Source: Polyangiales bacterium (GTDB lineage Bacteria; Myxococcota_A; Polyangia; Polyangiales; Houyiibacteriaceae). Taken from it: a DNA stretch of 26,505 bases. Positions 9,281 through 18,576 of this stretch are shown here, piece after piece; within the stretch, counting starts at the first letter, position 1; every line of letters begins with the position of its first letter. A model generated the notes under the pieces. That model did no database searches and was not told the origin of the DNA. It saw only the letters and a list, made by a program, of their open reading frames with translations. The position numbers and the translations under genes are program-made. The DNA lies in contig JBGCFM010000273.1 of NCBI GenBank assembly GCA_045106895.1, forward strand, positions 1-26,505. The letters run 5' to 3'.

Positions 9281-10672
9281 CTAGAAGAGGCTCAACCCAC
9301 GAAGCGTCGTTTGCGGCTCGGCGCTATCGGCTTCGAAGCGAAGAACGCCACCGACATCGACGTAGAGAGCGCCATCGCCGCCGAAGCGCGCGGAAGCGAA
9401 GCCATGCCCGGCACTCAAGCGCTCGACATTGCCGCTCTCGATGTTGATTCGCTCCACGCGGTTCCGCAGTACGCCTTCGTCGTCGGTCATGTGAGAGATG
9501 ACGATCGCACGCGTCTCCGTCGAATCGATGATCACCGAACGCGGGGCTCCGCGCCCTCGCGGCGAAAGAGGAATGCTCCGCTCGGGCCCATCGAGGGACC
9601 TCGGATGCAGTGTCCAGCCCGCATGCGTACTCTGCGCCCTCACTACGCCGGCTTCGTGGTAGTCCGCCGGGCGAAGACAGAGGGTGGCTCGGGGTGCGCC
9701 GCCCGCCGCTCACCGAGGGAAGTGTCGCTCCGGAAACCAGCCGTCGGGGTTTTGTGCACGAAAACGAAAGCCACCTCCGCTGAGGCAGGCCTCGAACGCT
9801 AAGATCTGACCGTAGTCAGGATCTCTCACTTGGTGTTCTTCGATGGACTCACCGAACGGGCGCAAGAAAGTCACGTGCGGGGGAGCGTAGCCGTGTGCCG
9901 AAATGAAGTGTGTGCGAACGAGGAGAAAACTCGTCGCGTCAGCCGAGGCGAGGACGTCTAGATAGGTTCCGTAGTACTCGCTCTCATCTACGTATCGCTG
10001 CGCTTTGATGAGCGGAACGAAGCGTCGCGTAGTGTGTTGATAAACGCCGGCAACGACGTCTCCCCGGGAGCGCGCTTGTTCATCAGCCTCTTCGTCGTAC
10101 TCTCCCTGAATACGCCGTCGGAACACCGCGGGTACGCCTTCGGAACCTGCGCTTTGGTAGCGTTCGCGAAGGCTCTGGATGTGTTGAGCGAGGTCGTCAT
10201 CCTCTCGTAGCGGCGCCAAGTCCTCATCCTCCGCGAGGAGCGCTTCGTAGCGTGGGAGGTTGTGGCTTAGAACAATGCGTAGCTCGCTCCGCGCTTCCTC
10301 AAGGGCGCTCGTTCGGACAAGGGCACAAGCCAGGTTGAAACGAGCGGCGTCGTAGTCCGGGACTTCGTCGACGAGGGCGCGCCACTGCTGCGCCGCGTCG
10401 TCAAAGGCCTCACGACGATGAACTCTCAACGCCGCGGCATTGCGACCTTGGGCGGCCTCGTCGATGGCCCAGGGTGAAACCCGGATTCCGATGGCGTCAT
10501 CCGTGCGTGAAGGCGAAGGTTGCGGAGCGACTTCCGCGGGCGTCTCCGGTGTAGACTCTTCTGCTGCAGGCTCAGCCTCGACCACAGGCGCAGCTGTATT
10601 CGTCGCTTCCGTTTCCGCACTGCAATCGCAGCCCAGGTTTAGTGCGAGTGCCACCAGCATCATTCTGCGCAT
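9281..10672 (-). pseudogene. TPR-like lipoprotein, copy 2; interrupted by an in-frame TGA at 9710-9712
   Basis: ORFs 9710..10687 and 9281..9643 are in the same frame; reads WFPERHFPR*AAGGAPRATLCLR versus WFPERRFPQGAPADDAPRATLCLR in copy 1; identical C-terminus EPQTTLRGLSLF; start ATG 10672 chosen by alignment. Confidence 0.8.
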
Positions 10673-10678
10673 CACGGC

Positions 10679-10707
10679 AACGTACAACGTTCGTCTGCGG
10701 CGGTAAA
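10679..10707 (-). promoter_or_regulatory. Sigma70-type promoter TTTACC-N17-TACGTT, 6 nt from ATG 10672
   Basis: Paralog of 6395-6423. Confidence 0.7.
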
Positions 10708-10823
10708 TCCCGCGCGCGTGTGCTCTGCGCCAAGTCCGTCTCGTGGGTGCGCTAATATACCGCGACGTCGCTTGGGTGCCGCCTCAATTCACCCGGTCAC
10801 ACACGAAGCTGTACAGTTCCGAA

Positions 10824-11180
10824 ATGAAAACCGCGTCGGTGATGGTATCGGGATACTTGCACACTCGTCAGCTCCGAAAGGCTCGCAGAACACTGGAGAA
10901 GCTCGCCTCGATTCTCGACCTCGATGTCGGGGACGCACACGTAAGCGTGTGCCCCGTCGATCCGAAATACATGAGCTTCTGTTGCGAACTCGAGGTCGAC
11001 GCCGAGTGTCAGCGAGATGCGTACTTTGACTTCCTGCAGCGCGCGGGAAGAATCGCTTCGGGTCGGCTTTCCGTCACCGCGCCGAAAGCGGAAGAGGCCC
11101 CGTGGGACTTCGAGATCTCCATCGGCAAGAGCTCGTTCCCGAGTGTCAACACCATGAACTTGTCGGTGGCGTCGGCGTAG
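10824..11180 (+). CDS. Small hypothetical protein (118 aa)
   Basis: ORF 10743..11180; ATG 10824 preferred because TACAGT lies 6 nt upstream; followed by a hairpin. Confidence 0.65.
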   Translation: MKTASVMVSGYLHTRQLRKARRTLEKLASILDLDVGDAHVSVCPVDPKYMSFCCELEVDAECQRDAYFDFLQRAGRIASGRLSVTAPKAEEAPWDFEISIGKSSFPSVNTMNLSVASA

Positions 11181-11222
11181 GCGAACGCGGTGCCGGCAAT
11201 CGATGCCGGCTGCGTTTTTCGC
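11181..11222 (+). terminator. Putative intrinsic terminator
   Basis: GCCGGCA-atcga-TGCCGGC stem with flanking pairing and TTTTT, directly after stop 11180. Confidence 0.55.
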
Positions 11223-11374
11223 GGCTACACCTCTATCATCGCTGTGTGTTCAGCAGTCCCTCGGATCTTCTGGCGTACGCTGTATGAGACGGTAGGTCTT
11301 GGGTTTTTCACGTATCGAGGAGTTCAAACCGGTGTTCTACGCTGGAATGAATCCTGTGGTTCGATGAGGCCCGT

Positions 11375-11403
11375 TTGACCGGTTTCGCCACGATTGGTAC
11401 TTT
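11375..11403 (+). promoter_or_regulatory. Sigma70 promoter TTGACC-N17-(TGg)TACTTT, 5 nt from GTG 11409
   Basis: Near-consensus -35, extended -10, exact 17-bp spacer. Confidence 0.75.
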
Positions 11404-11408
11404 AGAGT

Positions 11409-12230
11409 GTGAACGTTCTCGCTTTTATCGCCGCTGCGCTGTCTTTGATTCCCGTAGCGATGCTCTCACCGTCGAGCTGCACCGGTCGCTTGGTTCGAAC
11501 CGACGGCGAGGAGATCGAGCTCGTCGACAGCGGAACGGACACGGGCCCAGGCTTCGACGCCGGCCCCGGTTTCGACGCCGGACCCGGCATGGACGCGGGC
11601 CCAGGCATGGACGCCGGCCCGACTTGCACGCCAAGCTGCGGCGCCGCGGTGTGCGGCGACGATGGCTGCGGCGGAAGCTGTGGAAGCTGCGGAGGAGGCG
11701 AGACCTGCTCTGCTGGTGCGTGTACACCCACCTCCGTCCCGGGCTGCCCTCCCTCCGGTCCCTTCGGCGCCTCGCCCGGCCAGACCGCAAGCAACGTCAC
11801 GCTCTTCGACTGCGACGGCAACCCAGTGGAACTCCACTCCATGTGCGGCGAGCGCGTCACCTACCTCTACAACTTCGCCGAGTGGTGCCCGCCATGCCGT
11901 GCCTTCGTCCGAGACGAGATTGAAAACGCGCACCTCAGCCACGCCTCCTCCGGCGACATCTCGACCTACGTCGTTCTGACAGCCACAAGCGGCGGCGGCG
12001 CCGTGGACAACGCGTCGTGCCAGCGTTTGCGCGACCAATACGGCATCGATACTCCCGGAGTCACGATGCTCCAGGATCCAAACGGCGAGATGAACTCCGT
12101 CCTTGGTATGCGTGTGAACATGGCCAGCCTGGTAATGAAGCGGAACAACGAGATCATGCTCAGCGGCCCATGGGGCTGGAGCACCGTAACTCGGGAAATC
12201 AGCAACGCCTTCAGCCAGACCACGCCTTAG
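11409..12230 (+). CDS. Exported/lipoprotein redoxin (TlpA/thioredoxin-like) with Cys-rich linker
   Basis: Hydrophobic N-terminus (PSS-C), DAGPG repeats, CTPSCGAAVCGDDGCGGSCGSC repeat, and NFAEWCPPC thioredoxin-fold active site. Confidence 0.85.
   Translation: MNVLAFIAAALSLIPVAMLSPSSCTGRLVRTDGEEIELVDSGTDTGPGFDAGPGFDAGPGMDAGPGMDAGPTCTPSCGAAVCGDDGCGGSCGSCGGGETCSAGACTPTSVPGCPPSGPFGASPGQTASNVTLFDCDGNPVELHSMCGERVTYLYNFAEWCPPCRAFVRDEIENAHLSHASSGDISTYVVLTATSGGGAVDNASCQRLRDQYGIDTPGVTMLQDPNGEMNSVLGMRVNMASLVMKRNNEIMLSGPWGWSTVTREISNAFSQTTP
11538..11621 (+). repeat. Intragenic 18-bp tandem repeat (~4.7 units) encoding D(T/A)GPG(F/M)
   Basis: DTGPGF DAGPGF DAGPGM DAGPGM DAGP. Confidence 0.9.
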
Positions 12231-12303
12231 CTTCATCACAGAAGTTGGCCGGGGTCCGGAAGCGCGATGACCGCCGTCAGAGGGTGGCTGTTCGCGCGTT
12301 GTT

Positions 12304-13128
12304 TCACTCGGCGAACGGCGGCGTAAAGCGCATACCCAGGCTGCCGCCAAAGCGTCGTTCACGCGCATGACCGACGCCATTCCCAGCCTGCATGCCTATG
12401 TAGAGCGACCAGCTGCCAACGTTTGTGTGGAAGCGGACTCCGATTCGTGTGTTGAAGCGGACTTCCGTCGCCATGCCGGCGCTGCCTCCCATGAGTGAAA
12501 CGTGAGCGCCTACGTAGGGCCGAACAAACGAGGAGATCGCATGGCTCACGGCAAAGGAGAGCTGCGCTTCGCCGCCGTGACCCGGGTCGAAACTCGCGTC
12601 CACGCACCGCGCGACTTCGGTGCATGTGTACCCCATGAAACGCACAAGCGCTGAGAGGTCCATGAACGTCGAGCCGGCGCGGACACGATGGCGCGCATGT
12701 ATCCCAAGTGCGTTGAGGAAAAGCTGTGGAGTATCCTGCGCATCCGAATCGTAATAGCCGCTCGTCGTGTGCACACTCTCATGCCAAACGTGGGCACCGA
12801 CGAACGTCTCCTTCCAGCGTCTCTCGGCGGAGACCCGAGCGATTCCCCGCCAGTGCCGAGACGGAAAGACGAAAGTACTACTGACATCGTACACGTTGAG
12901 CGCACCAGCTACGGTGATCCAGAACGTCCGACGTCGAGCTACGGGGAGCGGCACGCCTAGAACCACGCTCTGCGCGCCGTTCCAGGAATACCCGACCGTC
13001 TCGTAGTTTGGGTCAGCGGATGTTGCAGAGAATGGCTCCTGTCGTGGACTCGGCGGCGTTCCCTGCGCGTCACTCGTACTCTGGAAGGCGAGGACCAAGA
13101 GAACGCCCGATGTAAAGGTCTTGAACAC
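12304..13128 (-). CDS. Probable outer-membrane beta-barrel protein (DUF1207-like, tentative)
   Basis: Sec signal (SDA-Q), alternating amphipathic beta strands, HVWHESVH motif, terminal strand GSLGMRF. Confidence 0.65.
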   Translation of the reverse strand: MFKTFTSGVLLVLAFQSTSDAQGTPPSPRQEPFSATSADPNYETVGYSWNGAQSVVLGVPLPVARRRTFWITVAGALNVYDVSSTFVFPSRHWRGIARVSAERRWKETFVGAHVWHESVHTTSGYYDSDAQDTPQLFLNALGIHARHRVRAGSTFMDLSALVRFMGYTCTEVARCVDASFDPGHGGEAQLSFAVSHAISSFVRPYVGAHVSLMGGSAGMATEVRFNTRIGVRFHTNVGSWSLYIGMQAGNGVGHARERRFGGSLGMRFTPPFAE

Positions 13129-13140
13129 GGGTCGCCACTA

Positions 13141-13156
13141 AGCACCAAGCGTGCCA
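13141..13156 (-). promoter_or_regulatory. Sigma54 -24/-12 motif TGGCAC-GCTTG-GTGCT, 12 nt from GTG 13128
   Basis: Match to TGGCAC-N5-TTGCW with one mismatch. Confidence 0.6.
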
Positions 13157-13179
13157 GTTCCGTCGTCCTAGAATCCCGG

Positions 13180-13195
13180 GGCAAGTCCGATGCCA
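13180..13195 (-). promoter_or_regulatory. Second sigma54-like motif TGGCAT-CGGAC-TTGCC
   Basis: GG-N10-GC spacing intact; 39 bp upstream of the first motif. Confidence 0.5.
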
Positions 13196-13295
13196 AGTGG
13201 GTCGACGCGTGACTTCTTGGCAGTCGGCGCGGTCTCGAAAGACGTCGTGTCTATAGCGGGGGGAGGCATCGTCGGCTTTCACGTAGAATGACCCG

Positions 13296-13982
13296 ATGAG
13301 CGATTTGCTAGGCAAGTGGAACGTCTACGACGCGAAGTTCGAACCTCATGGGCCGATGGACCCTGAAGACCAAGGCATGGTTCGGGACCGCTTCGGGTAC
13401 GAAGACGGTGGCTCCTGGTTTGAGTTTCGAGAGGGCGGAGAGCTACGAGGAGAGCTCCTGGGAATCGAATGTGAGGGGCGCTGGGCGCACCATGATTCGT
13501 CCCTCACCGTCCTTGAGTGGTCCGATCAAGGGGAGCTCGGCATCACGCCGGAGTTTGCGCGTGCGGAAGGCGGCATCGTCCTCCGTTTCGCTTGGCAGAA
13601 CGGCGAGATGCAGCTGAGTCTTGAGAAGCCCGGCACGAGCGGCCTATCCGGTTCCGTGAAAGCTCGGATCCGCGAGATCTGGGACAACGTTGTTGAATGC
13701 GACGACTTCGACGCGGCAGAGATCGGGGCGATCCTCGATACGGCAGGCGGGGCGGCGGCGGTGTTCATGCACGGCGCACAGAGCGATATCTGGATGCTTG
13801 GTGCCGTGCTCTCCGCAGACCACTTTGACCTTGCACGGCGACTCGTTGAAATGGGCGCAACGCCGAACGACGAAACGCTAAGCACGGCAAAACACCGAGT
13901 CCGCTATTCTCGTCATCTCGCGAAGGCGGAAGCATTCCTTGCGTTTATCGAAGCGCGCTTAAGTTCTGGGACACCAACCTAG
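13296..13982 (+). CDS. Hypothetical protein (lipocalin-like beta N-terminus, ankyrin-like C-terminus; both tentative)
   Basis: LLGKW start; AVLSADHFDLARRLVEMGATPN; TAGAAT 6 nt upstream of the ATG. Confidence 0.7.
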   Translation: MSDLLGKWNVYDAKFEPHGPMDPEDQGMVRDRFGYEDGGSWFEFREGGELRGELLGIECEGRWAHHDSSLTVLEWSDQGELGITPEFARAEGGIVLRFAWQNGEMQLSLEKPGTSGLSGSVKARIREIWDNVVECDDFDAAEIGAILDTAGGAAAVFMHGAQSDIWMLGAVLSADHFDLARRLVEMGATPNDETLSTAKHRVRYSRHLAKAEAFLAFIEARLSSGTPT

Positions 13983-14705
13983 TTGCCCGCTTCGACCCAA
14001 CTTGCTGTTGTCTTTCAGGGCCAAGAGTATGACCTCGACGCTCTCCGGGTTAGCGGATCGTTGTCCCCAGACGCTCGGCGCATCCAGGCGTCCGTCGAAG
14101 GGCTTCCCATTGTCGTCGACGCCGCCCTCGACGCTTCACGAGACGACACGAAATCTGTCAGCACCTACCCGCTCCTTGCGCCGCCATTCATCGACTACTT
14201 GAAAGGGCTGCCTTTTCCTTCGGCTTCCATCCCTTCGCACTTCGCACTTCGCATCGATGTGATGAACGAGGACGGAGACATACTCAGCTCGGAATGTCAG
14301 GCGATCGTCAATCCATGGTCCGGCGACAACACACACGACTACTTCTGCGGGGATATCGGCGCACAGGTGCCCCAACGCATAGATACGCCGCGCGTGTTCG
14401 AGCTCCTAATGAGTGCCGGTCGCGCACACTACCGCGATGATGTGACGTTCAACCGGGACAGCCACGGCATCGACGTCCCCGGGAGAGCCTCTACCTACCT
14501 GCGCTTCTACGATGGGTTTCTGTGGATACAACGCACATCGGAGAGCGCATTCAAGTGTCTCAAACGCGTCCAGAAGTTGGCGAAGAGATACCCGGGCTTC
14601 TGTATGGTTCGAGAGGACTACCCGGTCCTCTCCCGTGTCATTAGCCCCGCCTTGTGCACGCAGGTCTTTCTCGAAGAGACGTTCCGGCTCATGGACGAAG
14701 AGTGA
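13983..14705 (+). CDS. Hypothetical protein
   Basis: 240-aa ORF abutting the previous gene; TTG start uncertain. Confidence 0.6.
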   Translation: MPASTQLAVVFQGQEYDLDALRVSGSLSPDARRIQASVEGLPIVVDAALDASRDDTKSVSTYPLLAPPFIDYLKGLPFPSASIPSHFALRIDVMNEDGDILSSECQAIVNPWSGDNTHDYFCGDIGAQVPQRIDTPRVFELLMSAGRAHYRDDVTFNRDSHGIDVPGRASTYLRFYDGFLWIQRTSESAFKCLKRVQKLAKRYPGFCMVREDYPVLSRVISPALCTQVFLEETFRLMDEE

Positions 14706-14764
14706 ACGGCCCGTGCTGCCCAAGTCTTGCGGAAACGCCGAGCGCAAGAGACGATAGTCGCGAG

Positions 14765-15220
14765 GTGCTCTGCCCACTACAGCTCCGCGCCTTCGCCCTT
14801 CCGCTCCTGCTGTGCATCGCGTGTAGCTGCCCTCAGAGCGTGACCGACGCTGGTTTCGATGTCGACCGGGGTTCGGCCGACGTTGTCTTGGACGCCGGCT
14901 TCGACGCCTCCGCCTTCGATGGTGGGCCAGGTGTTTGCACGCCGCCCCTCGAGTTTCGCCGCGATCGTTTTGACGGTGACTCCCAGCGGCTACGTGACGC
15001 CGACCACATGGCGGTGTTCCTCCGCGAGCACTGCCCGGAGCTCGGCGAGAGCAGCAGCTGCGCCACGGTTCAAAGCGATGCCAGCGGCGTCATCGACGCC
15101 GTCGTATCGCTAAGCGGTGATGCTGTCGAAGGTTGCGCGGATCCTGCTCTCGGGCTGTGCGTTCCGACGCTCATCGAGGAACCCATGGTGCAACGAGAGT
15201 TCTGCATCTTCGGCATTTGA
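14765..15220 (+). CDS. Small Cys-containing lipoprotein
   Basis: Start moved to GTG 14765; LLLCIA-C lipobox, DAGFD linker repeats. Confidence 0.65.
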   Translation: MLCPLQLRAFALPLLLCIACSCPQSVTDAGFDVDRGSADVVLDAGFDASAFDGGPGVCTPPLEFRRDRFDGDSQRLRDADHMAVFLREHCPELGESSSCATVQSDASGVIDAVVSLSGDAVEGCADPALGLCVPTLIEEPMVQREFCIFGI

Positions 15221-15295
15221 CGAGCGTCGGAGTCTTCACCAAAGAGGTCTTGGGCCGACGTGGCGCGTTCTAGCGCAGAGTCGCCGGTGCCGTTC

Positions 15296-16504
15296 TCATC
15301 CGTCGAGGGGAGCGCACCCTTCTCCGTCCGTGGAGGGAATCACGACCTCGACGATGGTCTCGCGCAAACGCGTGACGCCATCGCCGCGTAGAACAAGGGT
15401 GAGGAAATAGCTCACCGGCGTGGGTCCCGCTTCGAAACGTGTGTTGTCGAGGTTGACTCGGAACGCGACCTCCGTGCCTGGCCGGACGTCCACGTAACGG
15501 TCGCCCAAGTCCGTCGCGCCGGTCGCTGGGCGAGCCCCCAAGGTCTCGATGCCCACGACAAACTCCCTCGCATCGACGTCGTCCAAGGGGAAGTCCTCCA
15601 CCAACAAATCGATGTCCAAGAACACATCTTGAACCAAAGTCCGAACCACATCGATAACGCCTTCGCCGAGGTCCTCGCCGGCCTCGCCAATGTCTACGAC
15701 AATGGGCTCTCCATCCCGCGTGACCGCGCCGGTATCTTCGGCGATGGTCCGAAGGTGGCTCAGACCGACACCGCCTGCGCCGCTGTACAGACCAAGGACA
15801 CGGGCGCCGATGGTGCGAAGTGCTCCCACCGTTTCGTCGTAGCCAGCAGGTGCTGGCCGGCTCACGCCCAACGTGTAGGGGAAGCTGTCGCCCGGTCCGT
15901 TGTGAAACGGGGCGTCGGTGAAGAGGAGAATAATGCGTGAACCATCCTCGCGAAAACACGGATACCCGACACGTCCCGCCGCGCATGTTCCGGGAGCGAG
16001 TAGCTCGGGAATTCCGGCGCCCGTCGCGGACTGCCACAGGGCTTCAATGTGACTTTCTGGCTCGTCGCCTCCCCCGAAGCCGCGGCCGAGGCGTCCGACG
16101 CCGCTTTGAACCGTCGCAACATCCCCTGTGCTTTGCTGGTGAAGGCGGAAAGGTTCGTCTTGGTCTTCGCCATAAGGAAACGTGGGGTAGTCGCCGAACT
16201 CAGCGACACTCAACGACACATCGGGGATCTCCGCGTTGAGGCCGGGAACGAGAACCTCGCGAAGAGTTGTCTGAATCTGGCGAATCTCGTCCACCATGCT
16301 CCCCGTCACGTCCACGAGGAACAGGACATCGGCGCTCGCGATGCGCGCCACGAAACGCGTATCGACGAATGTGGGCGGCTCCGGCGCCGGGAGCTCTACG
16401 CAGATGTCAGGACGCCCAAGTCGTTCGAACTCTGGGACCGTCAGATCTGTTCGCGAGCCACATCCACACAGAAGAACGACGACGATGCAGGAAAGGAAGC
16501 GCAT
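15296..16504 (-). CDS. VWA (integrin-beta I-like) domain lipoprotein
   Basis: Lipobox LCG-C; DVLFLVDVTGSM MIDAS-like motif, GGGDEPES, IILLFTDAPFH. Confidence 0.88.
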   Translation of the reverse strand: MRFLSCIVVVLLCGCGSRTDLTVPEFERLGRPDICVELPAPEPPTFVDTRFVARIASADVLFLVDVTGSMVDEIRQIQTTLREVLVPGLNAEIPDVSLSVAEFGDYPTFPYGEDQDEPFRLHQQSTGDVATVQSGVGRLGRGFGGGDEPESHIEALWQSATGAGIPELLAPGTCAAGRVGYPCFREDGSRIILLFTDAPFHNGPGDSFPYTLGVSRPAPAGYDETVGALRTIGARVLGLYSGAGGVGLSHLRTIAEDTGAVTRDGEPIVVDIGEAGEDLGEGVIDVVRTLVQDVFLDIDLLVEDFPLDDVDAREFVVGIETLGARPATGATDLGDRYVDVRPGTEVAFRVNLDNTRFEAGPTPVSYFLTLVLRGDGVTRLRETIVEVVIPSTDGEGCAPLDG

Positions 16505-16560
16505 GCGGCCGAGAGTAGTGGTCGCGCTGACTTAAAGCCCGCTTGAAGTCGCGCGCCGCG

Positions 16561-17286
16561 TCAGAGAGCCGGAAAATCCCAGTCGGGCCACGCGTGTGTT
16601 CGCATCCGCTCGCGGTACTCACGAAGCGCCTTGCTCTGGGAAACGTAAGCCGTGACTTCATTCTCAAAGAGAGGATGAGCGAGGTTCTCGATGAACGCGA
16701 AGGCCGACGCATCGTGACTGCACGGCTTGGCTCCACCGAGGAACTTCTCATCCCCGAGCACGGCTTCAACGCCCTGTAGGTCTTCGATGACCCGGCGGAG
16801 AATGTCGGCCTTCGAATGACGGCTCAGCCCCTGACCCTTGGCGTCCTTCGTCACGTTGCGACGCAGAAACCAAAGGAGCGGTCCGCGAATGAAGGACGGT
16901 ACGTCGATGGCCGACCCGATCACCGAGCGGTACTTCGCCCACCCGTCGTCGTCGATCCAGCGGAGATAGAGTAGACCCCAGTAGGAGTGCTCTTCGAGGG
17001 CGCGCTTGGCGAGGCCGGCGAGGGCGAGACGCTGGGGGTCGACGGCCTCATCGATATCGAGTCCATGAACTTCGATCAGCTTGCGCACGATGTTGGAGCT
17101 GTCCGGCGTGAGTTCGCCGTCTATTTCAAGCACCGGCGCTTTGCCCAAAGGCGCCTTGTTCGGCGCCCAGTCCTGAGCCGTGTATTCGACGCCCGCCATC
17201 TTCAGGAAGGTCTCCGCCTTCATGCAAAAAGGTGACGGGTTTGGAAGGTCAAAGTCCGCTTTGAATTGATGGAGCTCGATGTTCAT
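16561..17286 (-). CDS. Glutathione S-transferase family protein (metaxin/FAX-like)
   Basis: LPNPSPFCMKAETFLKM, APLGKAP, DSSNI, LEEHSYW, FLGGAKPCSHDASAF. Confidence 0.92.
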   Translation of the reverse strand: MNIELHQFKADFDLPNPSPFCMKAETFLKMAGVEYTAQDWAPNKAPLGKAPVLEIDGELTPDSSNIVRKLIEVHGLDIDEAVDPQRLALAGLAKRALEEHSYWGLLYLRWIDDDGWAKYRSVIGSAIDVPSFIRGPLLWFLRRNVTKDAKGQGLSRHSKADILRRVIEDLQGVEAVLGDEKFLGGAKPCSHDASAFAFIENLAHPLFENEVTAYVSQSKALREYRERMRTHAWPDWDFPAL

Positions 17287-17388
17287 GTGGCACGTCCGTT
17301 AAGTGAGTTCATCCCTAGCGCGTGATAGTGCAATAGTCCCGAAGCGCGCGTCGTTGCGCGACGAAGGCGGAAGATACTAACCTCACGT

Positions 17389-18000
17389 ATGCCTACGCTG
17401 CCTCTCGGCCCCCTTGTCACCAGATTCTTAGACGAGCGCGGCGCGACGCGAACTGGGCCTCGGGGCGACGCAAAATCAACCACGGCGACGCTCGCCGCGT
17501 ATGAGCGTGCCTCGTGGGAGAGCGTCCTCGAGTTTGAAGAAGACTACGGCGGCTTGGAACTCTGCGACCCCGGCTCGACTACTCCCGCACTCGTCGTCGG
17601 TCCCTTCGCGTGTCTCTCCCCAGGCGATTACAGACTCTCGGAACCCAGACTCATCCCGGTGATGTTCTCCGCGGATGACGTGGTGTACAGCTTGGACGAA
17701 GAGGGCCGTGGTTGGACGATGGCAGCGATGGTCGAAGGGAAACACCGCCTGTCGGCTCGCAACGGTAGGCAGCTGCTCACCCAAGCGATTCTATGGCGTG
17801 CTCTTGCGAGTGATCTTTCGGGCGCCCAGCTTGAGCAAGGAATGTGCGGCGCCAAATGGGCCGCAAAGGCCGAGCTCAAACCCATTCACGAGGCCTCGAG
17901 TGATAGCGAGCGGTGGTGGGGCGATGGCGAACGACTGGTAGTCGAGCTCCTCTCTGGCAATGGCTACGAAGGACCGACAACAGTCGGTCGGTTGGGATGA
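17389..18000 (+). CDS. SUKH-superfamily-like (immunity-type) protein
   Basis: VLEFEEDYGGLEL...LIPV...YSLDEEGR pattern; TTGCGC-N18-TAACCT promoter 5 nt upstream. Confidence 0.6.
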   Translation: MPTLPLGPLVTRFLDERGATRTGPRGDAKSTTATLAAYERASWESVLEFEEDYGGLELCDPGSTTPALVVGPFACLSPGDYRLSEPRLIPVMFSADDVVYSLDEEGRGWTMAAMVEGKHRLSARNGRQLLTQAILWRALASDLSGAQLEQGMCGAKWAAKAELKPIHEASSDSERWWGDGERLVVELLSGNGYEGPTTVGRLG

Positions 18001-18051
18001 GGCCGCACGTCCGACTCTTGGGCTGTTCTGAGAGCGGTCTCTGGGAAGAAA

Positions 18052-18540
18052 CTAACGAAGACCCTCTGCAGACCCCCTCGCTTTCGCGCGAACAAAAAGC
18101 ACAACCTCACCGTTGCTCAACATGACCACACACCGGCCATCTTCTGAGAATCCAAAACCGCGCTGGGGGTAGTACCGGATTAGCTCGTCCCTATCGGTGC
18201 CGTTTGAAATCACGACTCCGTTAGACTGATTTGAGACCTTCCAACCATCGGGCGTTGTCAGCGGAAGCCGATAAGAGAGCCTGTTGTCAGGGTACCCCCC
18301 GAAAAAGCGAAGTGGGCCGCACGGTCCTGATGGGTCGTTCAGCCACTCGTTCTCGTAGACCCCATGTGGCGCAACCTCCGAACTCGTCGTGAGATGCCGA
18401 GTCGAACCGTAGTCATAATAGTGAAGCCCATCATGCGTTGATACGGCGATGACGTTTGCGTCGCCGAACGCAACGGCAACGATCCCCTCGTAGGGAGGTG
18501 AGACATTCTTCCACTCAGTCATGAGCTCCTCGCAGCTCAT
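18052..18540 (-). CDS. Hypothetical beta-rich protein
   Basis: 162-aa ORF; AVAFG..., GFGFSEDGRCVV propeller-blade-like motifs; lower GC. Confidence 0.65.
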   Translation of the reverse strand: MSCEELMTEWKNVSPPYEGIVAVAFGDANVIAVSTHDGLHYYDYGSTRHLTTSSEVAPHGVYENEWLNDPSGPCGPLRFFGGYPDNRLSYRLPLTTPDGWKVSNQSNGVVISNGTDRDELIRYYPQRGFGFSEDGRCVVMLSNGEVVLFVRAKARGSAEGLR

Positions 18541-18576
18541 ACCAATCGCTCGACGAGAGCGCGGAGTTCTGCGCGC

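Noticed and set aside
9710..9712. Selenocysteine or recoded TGA
   Set aside because: Aligns to a Gly/Ala linker position rather than Cys; TGA is a normal stop in many other genes here
4871..9802. Similar + strand ORFs 4871..5611 and 9113..9802
   Set aside because: Antisense shadows of the duplicated minus-strand gene, which has the signal peptide and promoter
11223..11374. Possible ncRNA or small ORF in a lower-GC intergenic stretch
   Set aside because: No recognisable structure or motif; the short ORFs lack support
15296..16504. Gliding-motility adhesin cglB
   Set aside because: VWA lipoproteins are numerous in myxobacteria; there is no specific similarity or motility-gene context to justify the symbol
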